Source of the DNA: Thermoanaerobaculia bacterium
Lineage (GTDB): Bacteria; Acidobacteriota; Thermoanaerobaculia; UBA5066; Gp7-AA6
Reading direction: 5' to 3'
Assembly: GCA_036406835.1 (NCBI GenBank)
Contig: DASXAG010000110.1
Coordinates: 156-64,155 of the forward strand
Length of the DNA: 64,000 nt
Below are positions 11,877 to 21,044 of the stretch, in pieces. The notes beneath the pieces were generated by a model. The model had not been told where the DNA came from and made no database searches. It saw only the letters and a list, made by a program, of their open reading frames with translations. Within the stretch, counting starts at the first letter, position 1; every line of letters begins with the position of its first letter. The translations under genes and the position numbers were made by a program.

Positions 11877-12935
11877 CTAGAACCGGCGCGCGTAGCTCGC
11901 GAGGAGGAGATAGGACGCGAACGACGCGCCGATCTTCTGGTTCATGGAGACGTCGAGCGGGCTGTCCAGCTTGTTCGCATACGCGCGGATCGGAACGCTC
12001 AGCGAGGCCATGTTGTCGCCGATCGTCCAGGTCAATCCCGGCTCCACGTACACGACGTAACCGGGCCGGCGCCAGTAGAGATCGCCGCCGCCGATCACGT
12101 CGCGCACGGTCACGCCGTTGATGCGGCCGCCGAGGCTGAGCGCGAATTCGCCCGCCCAGGGCAGCAGGTAGGCCGCGCCGATTCGGCCGGAGTACGTGTC
12201 GGGGACCGAGCGGAGAACTCCGAAGTTGAGCACGCCGGTGTGCTCCTCGAGGGTCAATCCGTAGTAGCCGGACGCGTATGCGTAGAGCGGACCCTCGAGG
12301 TGCGCCGTGCCCTGCGCGCGCAGGATGATCTCCCACCCGCCCGTGCCGAGCTGGGCGGACTCGTCGATCGGACTGTTGCCGAGTCCGGGCTGATCCTTCT
12401 CGACATTGTCATTCCCGGTCGGCGCCTTGAATCCCAGACCGACCGAACCGGTGACCCGTGTCGGTTTCGCCGGGTCCGACAGCCAGTATTCGGCCTGAAG
12501 CGTCACATCGCCGAGCCCCGACGCCCGGTAGTCGTAGACCTGATACCCGGCCGGCGCGTCCGCGCTCGCGAGGGCCACCTTCGCGCCGCCGATCGCGAAA
12601 GGGACCGTCAGGTCGAGACTCAGCCGGTCGCTGACGCCGTACAGGACGTCGAGGTTGATGAGGCTGACGATGCGGTGCGGCGGAATCCCGGGCACGGGCG
12701 CCTGCGAATCGTCCCGCTGATCGCCCACGAAGAAGTCGTCGGCGTTGCCGTACTGGTACGAGAGCTGAGCCTGCCAGCGCCTCGCCGGGAGGAACACGTC
12801 GTTCTGGACGCCCAGACTGGGCGCCGTGAAGCGGATCGGCTGTCAGCCCTGTCCGGAGGCCGTGCGGACGGCGAGCAGGACGAGGGCCGCGATGAGCAGC
12901 CCCAAGCGTCTCGAGGTGCCGAACCTGCGCTGAAT
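11877..12935 (-). CDS. Outer-membrane beta-barrel transporter-like protein with in-frame TGA (candidate selenocysteine at 12843-12845)
   Basis: The frame continues upstream of the listed ORF through QG-TGA-QPIRF into a signal peptide. A SECIS-like hairpin lies at 12807-12825. GLGD, GFKAPTG and RRPGY motifs and a C-terminal RF are present. The start is uncertain (ATT 12935 or TTG 12905). Confidence 0.7.
12807..12825 (-). promoter_or_regulatory. Candidate SECIS element
   Basis: GGCGCCCA-GTC-TGGGCGTC stem-loop beginning 18 nt after the UGA; it shares GTCTGGG with the FDH SECIS. Confidence 0.65.
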
Positions 12936-12959
12936 GACGCTCTCCTCGTTTCTCCTATC

Positions 12960-13628
12960 CTACGGCTCAGCGCCCGTCTCGGTCGAGTAGGGAAGCGCGA
13001 ACGCCCGGTAGGTGAGGGCAACATGGCCGACGAGGATGCGGGCGCCGTCGGCGAGGGGGATCGAGGCCTCGACTTTCCGGTCGTCCACGCGGGTGCCGTT
13101 CTTGCTGCCGAGGTCCTCGATCGCGGCGCTTCCGTCCGTCACCACGATGCGCGCGTGGCGGCGCGAGACGCTCGCATGGTCGACGAAGAGGCCGACTCCC
13201 GGATCTCTTCCGATGAGCGTCTCGCCGGAGGGAAGCTCCGTGCGCTTGTCGCCGTGCAGGATCCAGCAGGACCACTTGCGGACCGAGCCGCGGACCGTGC
13301 CGGAACGAAGATCGCCCTGCTCCTCCCGCGCCTCGCCGCAGAACGCGTAGCCGAACCCGTGAACGGTTCGTACGAAGAGCGGGTCTCGCGCCTGATCGCC
13401 GATGGCGCCGCGGAGCTCGACGAGGAGGCTCGTCAGCGTGGCGTCCGAGACGAACGTTCCGGGCCAGAGCCTCTCGTGAATCTGGCTCTTCGAGACGGCC
13501 CGCGGCCGGTTTTCGAGGAGCAGCTCGAGAAGCTGGAAGGCCTTGGGTTGGATATGGACGACCTCACTGCGGACGGACAGCTGCCGCGTCTCTGAGTCGA
13601 GCAGGCACTCTCCAAATCGGATCCGCAT
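12960..13628 (-). CDS. Winged helix-turn-helix (OmpR/CadC-type) plus FHA domain transcriptional regulator
   Basis: N-terminal wHTH (LLELLLENRP...LRGAIGD...VRTVHGFGYAF) and FHA motifs (IGRD, SRRHA, DLGSKNGT). Confidence 0.9.
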   Translation of the reverse strand: MRIRFGECLLDSETRQLSVRSEVVHIQPKAFQLLELLLENRPRAVSKSQIHERLWPGTFVSDATLTSLLVELRGAIGDQARDPLFVRTVHGFGYAFCGEAREEQGDLRSGTVRGSVRKWSCWILHGDKRTELPSGETLIGRDPGVGLFVDHASVSRRHARIVVTDGSAAIEDLGSKNGTRVDDRKVEASIPLADGARILVGHVALTYRAFALPYSTETGAEP

Positions 13629-13781
13629 CGATTTCGCCTGGAGCCTTGCAGCGAATTATGGACCGGTTCGCTGGCCGCCCGGTTCAAACCCAGCGATTTT
13701 CAAGGGTCCTTCCCACGACTCGGTCCGCGCCCGAGCACTAGCGTCCGTGGCGTGGACGGGCCAATCCAAGAGGAGGACAAG

Positions 13782-16700
13782 ATGTTCCGCAAGGCGATTC
13801 GTCAGATCTGGATCCTCGGCGTCCTGTTGGCGATTCCGGCGTTTCTGCGCGGCGGCGTGAACACCTGGACGGGCGGCGATGCGACCTCGGCGGCCGAGAC
13901 GTTCAGCGTGGTCGCCGCGGACCCGACCGATCCCTACGTGGTGTACGGGTCGTTCGGCCACGACCTCCATCGGAGCCGCGATGGCGGCCGCACGTGGGAG
14001 CGGCTCCGATCCTTCGGTCCGATCTCGGCGATCCTGGTGCTCCCGGCGTCGCCCTCGACGATCTACGCCGTAGGCTACGACGCCTTCGGATCATCCGGTG
14101 TCTTCCGGAGCACGGACTCCGGGGACAACTGGACCAACGTCCTCGAAGCCCCGGTGTACTCGCTCGCCAGTAGTCCGACGGACGCCTCGGTCGTCTTCGC
14201 GGGAGGATGGTCCAGGATCTACAAGTCGACGGACTCCGGGGACCATTGGTCCTTCGTCTCGTTTCAAGGCGTGATCACCAGCCTCGTGATCAATCCCAAG
14301 AACCCCTCGACTCTCTATGCGGGCGCGGACGCGGACCTCAGCTACGGCTACTTCTGGGGCGCCTTCGGGAAGAGCGAGGACGGAGGAGCGAGTTGGAGCA
14401 ATCTCACGCCCGCAACCGTCCGGAGTGTTCCCGCCCTCGGGATCGACGCCGGCGCGAGCGCGACGCTGTATGCCGCGCGCTTCCAGACCGGGGCTCCGGC
14501 CGGCGCCGACCCCGTTTTCGCCGAGCCCACCGTTCCCTGGAGCGTCGTTCGCTCGGAGGATGGCGGGGTCACGTGGAGCTTGCCGGGCACGGGGCTCCCC
14601 GAGGTCAAGGTCCAGTCTCTGGCGACGGATCCGCGGATCTCCGGGACGCTTTATGCGGGAACGGACGTCGGCGTCTACCGCAGCCGCGACGGCGGCCGCA
14701 GCTGGACTCCGTTCGGCCTGGCCGGACTTCCGATCATTTCGCTGGCCATCGACGGTAACGGGACCCGCCTGCACGCGGGGACGTCGACGCAGGGCATCTA
14801 CGACTTCGAGATCGCGAGCGGGCCTCTCGACGTCGCCGCGGGACCCGCGGGCGGGAGTCGATTCCTCTCGTGGAACACCGACCGGCTCTCGGTCGCGGCG
14901 CTCGACGCGTCCGGACATTCGACGGTGGGACCGACGAGTGATGCATCGGAGACCTGGAGGGCGACGGCGATCGCGTCGGACGGAGGCGACCGGGCGCACG
15001 TTCTCTGGCATTGCACCGACGGGCGCTCGGCGCTCGAGATCGTCGGACGGTCCGGACGCGAGTCCGTGAAGGTGTTCGCGGCGGAAGCCGGGTGGATGCC
15101 CGGCGACGTCTCGGTGCGCTCCGGCGGGAAGACGAGCCTGCTGTGGACGCATGCCGACGGAAGGATGCGGATCGCGACGATCGACTCCTCCGGCGGCGCG
15201 GTGGTCGGCCCGGAGTATGGGCCCGCCTTCGGCTGGTCCGCCGTGGCCATTGCGGACGATTTCGCCGGTACGACGCGAGTGCTCTGGCGGTCGAGCGACG
15301 GACGGTCGTCCCTCTCGCTCCACCGGGACGGCGAGATGCTCTCGTTCCTGGGCTGGCCGGCCGATCCGGGCTGGTCGGTCGAAGACATCGCCGTGGGAGC
15401 CGATGGACGGACGCGGCTGCTTCGAACCTCGCCGGACGACTCGGCCGAGGTGTCGATCGTCGAACCGGACGGCACGCGGACTTCGCCCACGACCTACGCC
15501 TCGCCCGGATTCACGCCTCGAAGGATCGCGGCGGGCGCGGACGGTCTCACGCGGCTTCTCTTCAGCGGGGATGAGGGAAGCGGCGACCTCGTCGTTCTCG
15601 CCGCCGACAACACGCTCACCGCGCGGCATGCGATCCCCTCGGCGAATGCTGCGACCGTCGTCGTCACGACGGTGTCGGAGCTCGAGGCCGCGCTCGTTCC
15701 GGCCAACGCGGGAGCCCAGATCGTCGTACGTGCGGGCGACTACGAGATCGCCAATCCCCTGACGGTCCCGGACCGCGCAATCCTTGCGGGTGAGGGCGTC
15801 ATGACCCTCGACGAGTCGAAGCTGCCGGCCGGCATCGCGCCATCGGGGAGGACGGTGATCCGCGCCGCGGCCGGACTCGCGGGCGACATCCTGACCCTCG
15901 GCAACGGGTCCGTGATCCGAAGTCTCGTGATCGAGGACGCGGAGGGCCGGGCGGCCGGGAATCCCGTCGCCGTGGTCTCGCGAGACGCCGGCGATCGCGT
16001 CACCGCGCGGATCCTGGACTGCGAGATCGTCAACCCGAATCCGTCGGGGATCGCGCCGCAGGGCCCCACCGGGCGCGGCCTGGTCGTCTGGACGCGCAAC
16101 CCGAACCTGGGCGAGGATCCGCCGCCGCACGAGGGCGCCCGTCTGCGCGTGCAGATGACGCGCTCGATCGTGCGCTCGCCGGCGGCGGCCATCGGCGTCT
16201 TCTCCATCAACTTCGCCTCGCACGCCGCGATCGACCTCGACCTCGACGGCTGCGTGATCGGCGGTGGACTCACGACGGCCGGCGGCGTCAGCCGCCCCGA
16301 TGCCGTGACGGGCGCGGTCCTGAACGTCGCGTCCCGCCGGAACCTGTACCGCTCCGACAGCCCCGATCCGACGCCTCAGGGCTGGAATCTGCAGGGCGGA
16401 ACGAGTGCTCCCATTCCCGGTCTCGCGTCGCAGGCGTCGACCTCCAACACGCTGCGTGTTCACTCCAGGGACGACCGGATCGAGGGCTTCGCGAACGGGA
16501 TCTTCGCCACGGGTGCGACGCGGTCGAATCCCCTCTCGGAACCGAGCTCGTCGAACGGGATCGACCTGACTCTCCAGGGCCTGCGCCTGCAGACGGCGGC
16601 GGCCGATCTCACGCTCTTCGGCGCGACGACGTTCGTCGAGGGCGTCTCGGCGGGGGATGACAACGGCGTGCGCGTCGTGATGCGCCAGTCGACCGGCAGC

Positions 16701-16850
16701 GGAGCCCGCGCCAACGTGTACGCGAACTCGGCGGGCGACCTGGGTACCGGCAATCGTCTCGAGTTTGCCGGCAGCGCGACCGCGTTCGCTCAGACCAACG
16801 AGGCCATCGACCCGGCGCCGCCGGCGGAGTTCTTCACGTCGGGAAACTGA
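13782..16850 (+). CDS. Large secreted mosaic protein (Asp-box propeller, second propeller, beta-helix-like C-terminus)
   Basis: GAGGAGG Shine-Dalgarno, signal peptide, S.DGG..W repeats, AIAVGADG.TR repeats and a C-terminal domain starting VTTVSELEAAL...VRAGDY. Confidence 0.75.
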   Translation: MFRKAIRQIWILGVLLAIPAFLRGGVNTWTGGDATSAAETFSVVAADPTDPYVVYGSFGHDLHRSRDGGRTWERLRSFGPISAILVLPASPSTIYAVGYDAFGSSGVFRSTDSGDNWTNVLEAPVYSLASSPTDASVVFAGGWSRIYKSTDSGDHWSFVSFQGVITSLVINPKNPSTLYAGADADLSYGYFWGAFGKSEDGGASWSNLTPATVRSVPALGIDAGASATLYAARFQTGAPAGADPVFAEPTVPWSVVRSEDGGVTWSLPGTGLPEVKVQSLATDPRISGTLYAGTDVGVYRSRDGGRSWTPFGLAGLPIISLAIDGNGTRLHAGTSTQGIYDFEIASGPLDVAAGPAGGSRFLSWNTDRLSVAALDASGHSTVGPTSDASETWRATAIASDGGDRAHVLWHCTDGRSALEIVGRSGRESVKVFAAEAGWMPGDVSVRSGGKTSLLWTHADGRMRIATIDSSGGAVVGPEYGPAFGWSAVAIADDFAGTTRVLWRSSDGRSSLSLHRDGEMLSFLGWPADPGWSVEDIAVGADGRTRLLRTSPDDSAEVSIVEPDGTRTSPTTYASPGFTPRRIAAGADGLTRLLFSGDEGSGDLVVLAADNTLTARHAIPSANAATVVVTTVSELEAALVPANAGAQIVVRAGDYEIANPLTVPDRAILAGEGVMTLDESKLPAGIAPSGRTVIRAAAGLAGDILTLGNGSVIRSLVIEDAEGRAAGNPVAVVSRDAGDRVTARILDCEIVNPNPSGIAPQGPTGRGLVVWTRNPNLGEDPPPHEGARLRVQMTRSIVRSPAAAIGVFSINFASHAAIDLDLDGCVIGGGLTTAGGVSRPDAVTGAVLNVASRRNLYRSDSPDPTPQGWNLQGGTSAPIPGLASQASTSNTLRVHSRDDRIEGFANGIFATGATRSNPLSEPSSSNGIDLTLQGLRLQTAAADLTLFGATTFVEGVSAGDDNGVRVVMRQSTGSGARANVYANSAGDLGTGNRLEFAGSATAFAQTNEAIDPAPPAEFFTSGN

Positions 16851-16862
16851 GGATTTCAAGGT

Positions 16863-16891
16863 GGCCGCGGCGTCGTCCCGGCGCCGCGGCC
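16863..16891. terminator. Hairpin between convergent genes
   Basis: GGCCGCGGCG-N9-CGCCGCGGCC. Confidence 0.55.
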
Positions 16892-16909
16892 TAAGCGAGA
16901 TCGTCGGGC

Positions 16910-17641
16910 CTACGGCGCGATCACCAGGTGCGTCCCGCCGAACACCTCTAACGTCGTCCCGGTGATGGCGGCGGCGTCGTCGGAGGCGAGGAACAGAACC
17001 GCCTTCGCGACGTCGCGGGGCCACAGCTTCTCCGCGAGCGGCTCCGCGTGGAGGCTCTCGCCCTCGTCCTTCTTGTTCTCGACGGTGCCGGGTGAGACGG
17101 CGTTGACGGCGATGTTGTGCGCGCGGAACTCGCGCGCGAGCGCCTGGGTCATTCCGATCAGCCCGAACTTCGCCGCGCTCTGAGCCACGACGTTGGCGTC
17201 GCCGCGCATGCCGTGGATCGACGCCACGTTGACGATCCGGCCGCGGCGGCGCTCGACCATTCCCGGCAGGACGGCGCGGCACATGCTCGCGGCCGCCGAC
17301 AGGTTCGTCGCGATGACGCGATCCCAGTCCTCGGGCGGCAGCTTCAGGAACGGCCGCCAATGGAAGATGCCCGCGTTGTTGACGAGCACGTCGACCTTGC
17401 CGAGCTGCGCCTCCGTCTTCGCGACGCACTCCTGCGCCGCTCCGGGCGCGGTGATGTCCACCGGCAGGACCGCGCTCTTCCCGCCGGCCGCCCCGACCTG
17501 GCGGGCCGTCTCTTCGAGGTCCGAGGCCGTGCGGGCGACGAGCGCGACGCGGCCGCCCTCCTCCGCGAAGCGCAGGGCGATCGAGCGCCCGATGCCCCGG
17601 CCCGCTCCCGTGACGAGGATCGTCCGGTCGGTGAATCTCAT
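16910..17641 (-). CDS. SDR family oxidoreductase (FabG-like)
   Basis: TGAGRGIG, NNAG, NVAS, QSAAK (catalytic Tyr position is Gln) and VSPG. Confidence 0.88.
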   Translation of the reverse strand: MRFTDRTILVTGAGRGIGRSIALRFAEEGGRVALVARTASDLEETARQVGAAGGKSAVLPVDITAPGAAQECVAKTEAQLGKVDVLVNNAGIFHWRPFLKLPPEDWDRVIATNLSAAASMCRAVLPGMVERRRGRIVNVASIHGMRGDANVVAQSAAKFGLIGMTQALAREFRAHNIAVNAVSPGTVENKKDEGESLHAEPLAEKLWPRDVAKAVLFLASDDAAAITGTTLEVFGGTHLVIAP

Positions 17642-18174
17642 TCGGCCGGGACGCCCCTCCGGGGCCGGCTCCGGGCGGGGCGGCGCGCCGTCGCTTCGGC
17701 GGAGAACGCCGCCCCGAGCTCCGCGAAGAGCGTGTCGGAGAAGAGCGCGTCCGCGTCGGGACCCGCGAACGTGGGCCCGGTGAGGAGCTCGACGTCTCCC
17801 TCCCGCGGATCGGGACGGTCGATGCGCACGTGCAGGACGTGCAGCGGGAAGACCTGGCGCTCGGGATCGACGCTGCACGCGCGCCCGTGTCCGGCCTTCG
17901 TCTGGACGGACGCCGTGAGCCCGCGGTTCATGTAGAGCAGCGTGGCGCTGCCGCGGCGCACGAGGTTGAACGCCGTCCGGCTCTTCGCGCGGACGGCGAC
18001 GGCGATCTCGTCCGGGGAATTGGCGCGCACCTCCCCCAGGGTCAGGAGCGCGACCCGCGGGAATCCCTCGGGATCGGTCGTCAGCAGCGGCAGGGCAATG
18101 CGCCGGCGCCGCCGGAAGCCCTCCCCGCCGAGCGCGACGTGGAGATCCCGCGGCATCCTGTCCAGGTCCGGCAC
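17638..18174 (-). CDS. Pyridoxamine 5'-phosphate oxidase-like split-barrel protein
   Basis: LLTTDPEGFPRVALL...SRTAFNLVRRGSATL; translationally coupled to the SDR gene. Confidence 0.6.
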   Translation of the reverse strand: MPDLDRMPRDLHVALGGEGFRRRRRIALPLLTTDPEGFPRVALLTLGEVRANSPDEIAVAVRAKSRTAFNLVRRGSATLLYMNRGLTASVQTKAGHGRACSVDPERQVFPLHVLHVRIDRPDPREGDVELLTGPTFAGPDADALFSDTLFAELGAAFSAEATARRPARSRPRRGVPAE

Positions 18175-18211
18175 GCCCTGAGTTTAGCGGCTCGGACGTA
18201 GGATCCCAACG

Positions 18212-19105
18212 ATGAAGACGCGAATGCGCGCTTCGAGGTTGGCCGCCGTTCTCGCGTCCGCCTGCATGGGAGCCGGCTGCGCCGGCGCCCCGCCTCCCGG
18301 CGCGCTCTGGGAATCCGTCCCGACGCCGACGATGCCCTCGCCCGTGCACGTGCTCGTCGTCGTGCCGCCGTCCTACGACCTCGAGCCGGCGCGGCGGTTT
18401 CCGGTCCTCTACTTCCTGCACGACGGCTACGGCGACGGCCGGACGCTGGCGCGGCGCGGCGTGGCCGAGGACGCGCTCGCGCGCATGCGCAGCGGGTCGC
18501 TGCCGGAGTTCTTCATCGTCGCGCCGGACGGCTCGGGCAGCTGGTTCGCGGACTCCTACGACGGCAAGCGCCGCTTCGGCGAGTTCCTCGTCGGAGACCT
18601 GCCGCGCTGGGTCGAGTCGCGCTTTCGCACGCTGCCGCGGAAGGCGTCGCGCGGGATCACCGGCATCTCGATGGGGGGCTACGGCGCGGTCAGGCTCGGG
18701 CTGACGCATCCGGATCTCTACGGTTCGGTGTCCGCGCTCTCGGGCGCGATCATCCCGTTCGGGTGGGAGGACCTCAAGCGCTACAGCTGGGTCGCCCGCT
18801 ACACGCTGATGCGCGTCTTCGGGCGCGACGAGAAGAAGAACTCGCTCGACGCGAACGACGCGTGGCAGATCCTGGGGGGGCTGCAGTTCGACCGGCCGCC
18901 GTTCGCGGCGCGGCTCGAGGCGGGGACCGAGGACGTCTACGGGCTCGACGGCGTCGCCGCGCAGTACGGCAACCTCCTGAACGAGCACGGCGTGCCGACG
19001 ACCATCCTGCTCGAGCCGGGCGGCCACGACTGGAGCTACTGGAGGCCGGCGATGCGGGAGATCCTCGACTGGCACGCCGCGCGCTTTGAATATGATGCGC
19101 GTTGA
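18212..19105 (+). CDS. Alpha/beta hydrolase esterase (tributyrin/enterochelin esterase family)
   Basis: PVLYFLHD, GISMGGYG nucleophile elbow and GGHDWSYW. Confidence 0.88.
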   Translation: MKTRMRASRLAAVLASACMGAGCAGAPPPGALWESVPTPTMPSPVHVLVVVPPSYDLEPARRFPVLYFLHDGYGDGRTLARRGVAEDALARMRSGSLPEFFIVAPDGSGSWFADSYDGKRRFGEFLVGDLPRWVESRFRTLPRKASRGITGISMGGYGAVRLGLTHPDLYGSVSALSGAIIPFGWEDLKRYSWVARYTLMRVFGRDEKKNSLDANDAWQILGGLQFDRPPFAARLEAGTEDVYGLDGVAAQYGNLLNEHGVPTTILLEPGGHDWSYWRPAMREILDWHAARFEYDAR

Positions 19106-19830
19106 TGCGTGAACAGCCGGCGAACGGCCACAAGCTCGTCCTCTTCGACATCGACGGAACCCTGATCTCGGCGGGCCGGATCGCCCGCGACGCGATCCTG
19201 AAGTCGCTCGAGACGGCGTACCCCTGGAAGGCCGGCGATCACCACCAGGACCGCTCGCGCTTCGACTTCTCGGGCAAGACGGACCCCCAGATCGTCCGCG
19301 ACCTCGTCGAGGCGGAGATCGGGAAGGAGCCCTTCGAGAGCGGCCTCCCGCGCGCCCTCGAGCTGTACCTCGCGGAGCTCGCGCGCCAGCTCGCGCCGGC
19401 TCCCGACCAGGTGGTCCCGAAGCCGGGGATCCCGCAGCTCCTCGCCCGGCTGGCGGAGGAGCCGAAGGTGACGCTGGCGCTCCTGACGGGGAACCTCGAG
19501 CGCGGGGCGCGCCTGAAGCTCGAGCCGCCCGACTTCAATCGCTACTTCCCGTTCGGCGCGTTCGGCAGCGACTCGGCGGACCGCTACCAGCTCCCGCGCG
19601 TGGCGGTGCAGCGGGCGCGGGAGCACACCGGCCGCCACTTCGCCGGCAAGTCGGTCGTCATCGTGGGGGACTCGGTCCACGACGTCGCCTGCGGGCGGAG
19701 CCTCGGCGTCCGCGCGGTGGGCGTCGCGACCGGCATCACCAGCACCGAACGCCTCGCGGCCGAGCGGCCGGACGCGCTGATGACGGACTTCGCCGACACC
19801 GAGCGAGCGCTCGAGGCGATCCTCGGATGA
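19102..19830 (+). CDS. HAD family hydrolase
   Basis: LFDIDGTL, LLTGN and VGDSVHDVACG. Confidence 0.9.
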   Translation: MMREQPANGHKLVLFDIDGTLISAGRIARDAILKSLETAYPWKAGDHHQDRSRFDFSGKTDPQIVRDLVEAEIGKEPFESGLPRALELYLAELARQLAPAPDQVVPKPGIPQLLARLAEEPKVTLALLTGNLERGARLKLEPPDFNRYFPFGAFGSDSADRYQLPRVAVQRAREHTGRHFAGKSVVIVGDSVHDVACGRSLGVRAVGVATGITSTERLAAERPDALMTDFADTERALEAILG

Positions 19831-21023
19831 GCGTCGGCTTCCGTCGAGGGCGGGTCCCGATCGCCCTGCTCCTCGTCGCCGCGGGATGCGCGACGACGGC
19901 GCCGCCGCCGGGACCGCCTCCCGGAAGCACGACCGCCAGGGCGCCCTACGACGCGCCGCCCGCGACGCCTCTCAGGGACGACATCACGATCGACATCGAC
20001 GAGCGCGCGGCGCGCTCGATTCTCTCTCTCCTCTCCAAGGACCACTTCGATCCGGTCGAGGCCAAGCTGATCGAGGTCCTCCCCGCGGTGAAGGTCGCGA
20101 TCCGGGAATCCAACCGGCCGGCCGAGACCTTCGAGCGGGACCTGGCCGCCGCCTTCGACGAGCAGACGCGCATCGCCATGTTCGACTTCCGCAAGATCCG
20201 CGACGACCGCAACAAGTGGGACGCGTTGCTCGCCGCCCTCTCCGCGAAGGAGGACGACGTCAAGCGCCGGGCCGCGACGCGAGCGGCCGCGCTCCTTCCG
20301 GCGGACATCCCGGTCTCGGTCAAGACGCCGATCGCGCTGACCTTCGGCCTTCCCGGCCGCGCGGACCACGTGCTGGCGACGCTCGACACCGGCGAGCGGA
20401 CGACGGTGATCGACCTCGCCCGCGCGCTCGCCGAGGAGGAGAACGCGGCTCCGCCCGAGCAGCTCGAGCACCTCACGCGCATGCTCGCGGCCGACGCCTA
20501 CCTGCGCGCCTGGACCGCGTACCGGAACGCGAGCCCCGCCTGGCAGAAACACGACCTCGGACTCAAGCAGCTCGAGCCGCTCCTGCGCGAGGTGGCGGAG
20601 TCCGGCCCGGTCGCGCTCTACGGCGTGGACCAGAACTTCTTCCCGCTCTCGGTCTGGCTCAAGGACCGCATGAGCGACAGCCTCGACGAGCTCAACCGGG
20701 TGGCCGATCGCCTCGTCTCGACGCAAGAGGACCTCGACCAGCGCGTCTCGCTGTCGGCGGAGGTGCGCCGGCCCGACTTCGTCGCGCGCATCGCGGCGCC
20801 GGCCGGGGCCTTCCTCGCCGACGGCATCATCCAGACCCTCGGGGTCGACGCGTACCGCGCCGCCCTCGCTGCCGGGCCGCGCGCGTTCTTCGAGGCGTAC
20901 GAGAAGGCGCAGCAGCAGAAGGGCAAACAGCTCATCCCGCTCTCGAAGGTCATCCGCGACACGCTGGCGGGAAACACGCCTTCGCCGAAGCCGCCGCCGA
21001 AGACGACGCCCCGGCCCTCCTGA
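19827..21023 (+). CDS. Hypothetical lipoprotein
   Basis: Lipobox LVAAGC, Pro-rich linker and helical body; operonic overlap with the HAD gene. Confidence 0.65.
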   Translation: MSVGFRRGRVPIALLLVAAGCATTAPPPGPPPGSTTARAPYDAPPATPLRDDITIDIDERAARSILSLLSKDHFDPVEAKLIEVLPAVKVAIRESNRPAETFERDLAAAFDEQTRIAMFDFRKIRDDRNKWDALLAALSAKEDDVKRRAATRAAALLPADIPVSVKTPIALTFGLPGRADHVLATLDTGERTTVIDLARALAEEENAAPPEQLEHLTRMLAADAYLRAWTAYRNASPAWQKHDLGLKQLEPLLREVAESGPVALYGVDQNFFPLSVWLKDRMSDSLDELNRVADRLVSTQEDLDQRVSLSAEVRRPDFVARIAAPAGAFLADGIIQTLGVDAYRAALAAGPRAFFEAYEKAQQQKGKQLIPLSKVIRDTLAGNTPSPKPPPKTTPRPS

Positions 21024-21044
21024 GGCTGAGGAGAGACGACGCGC

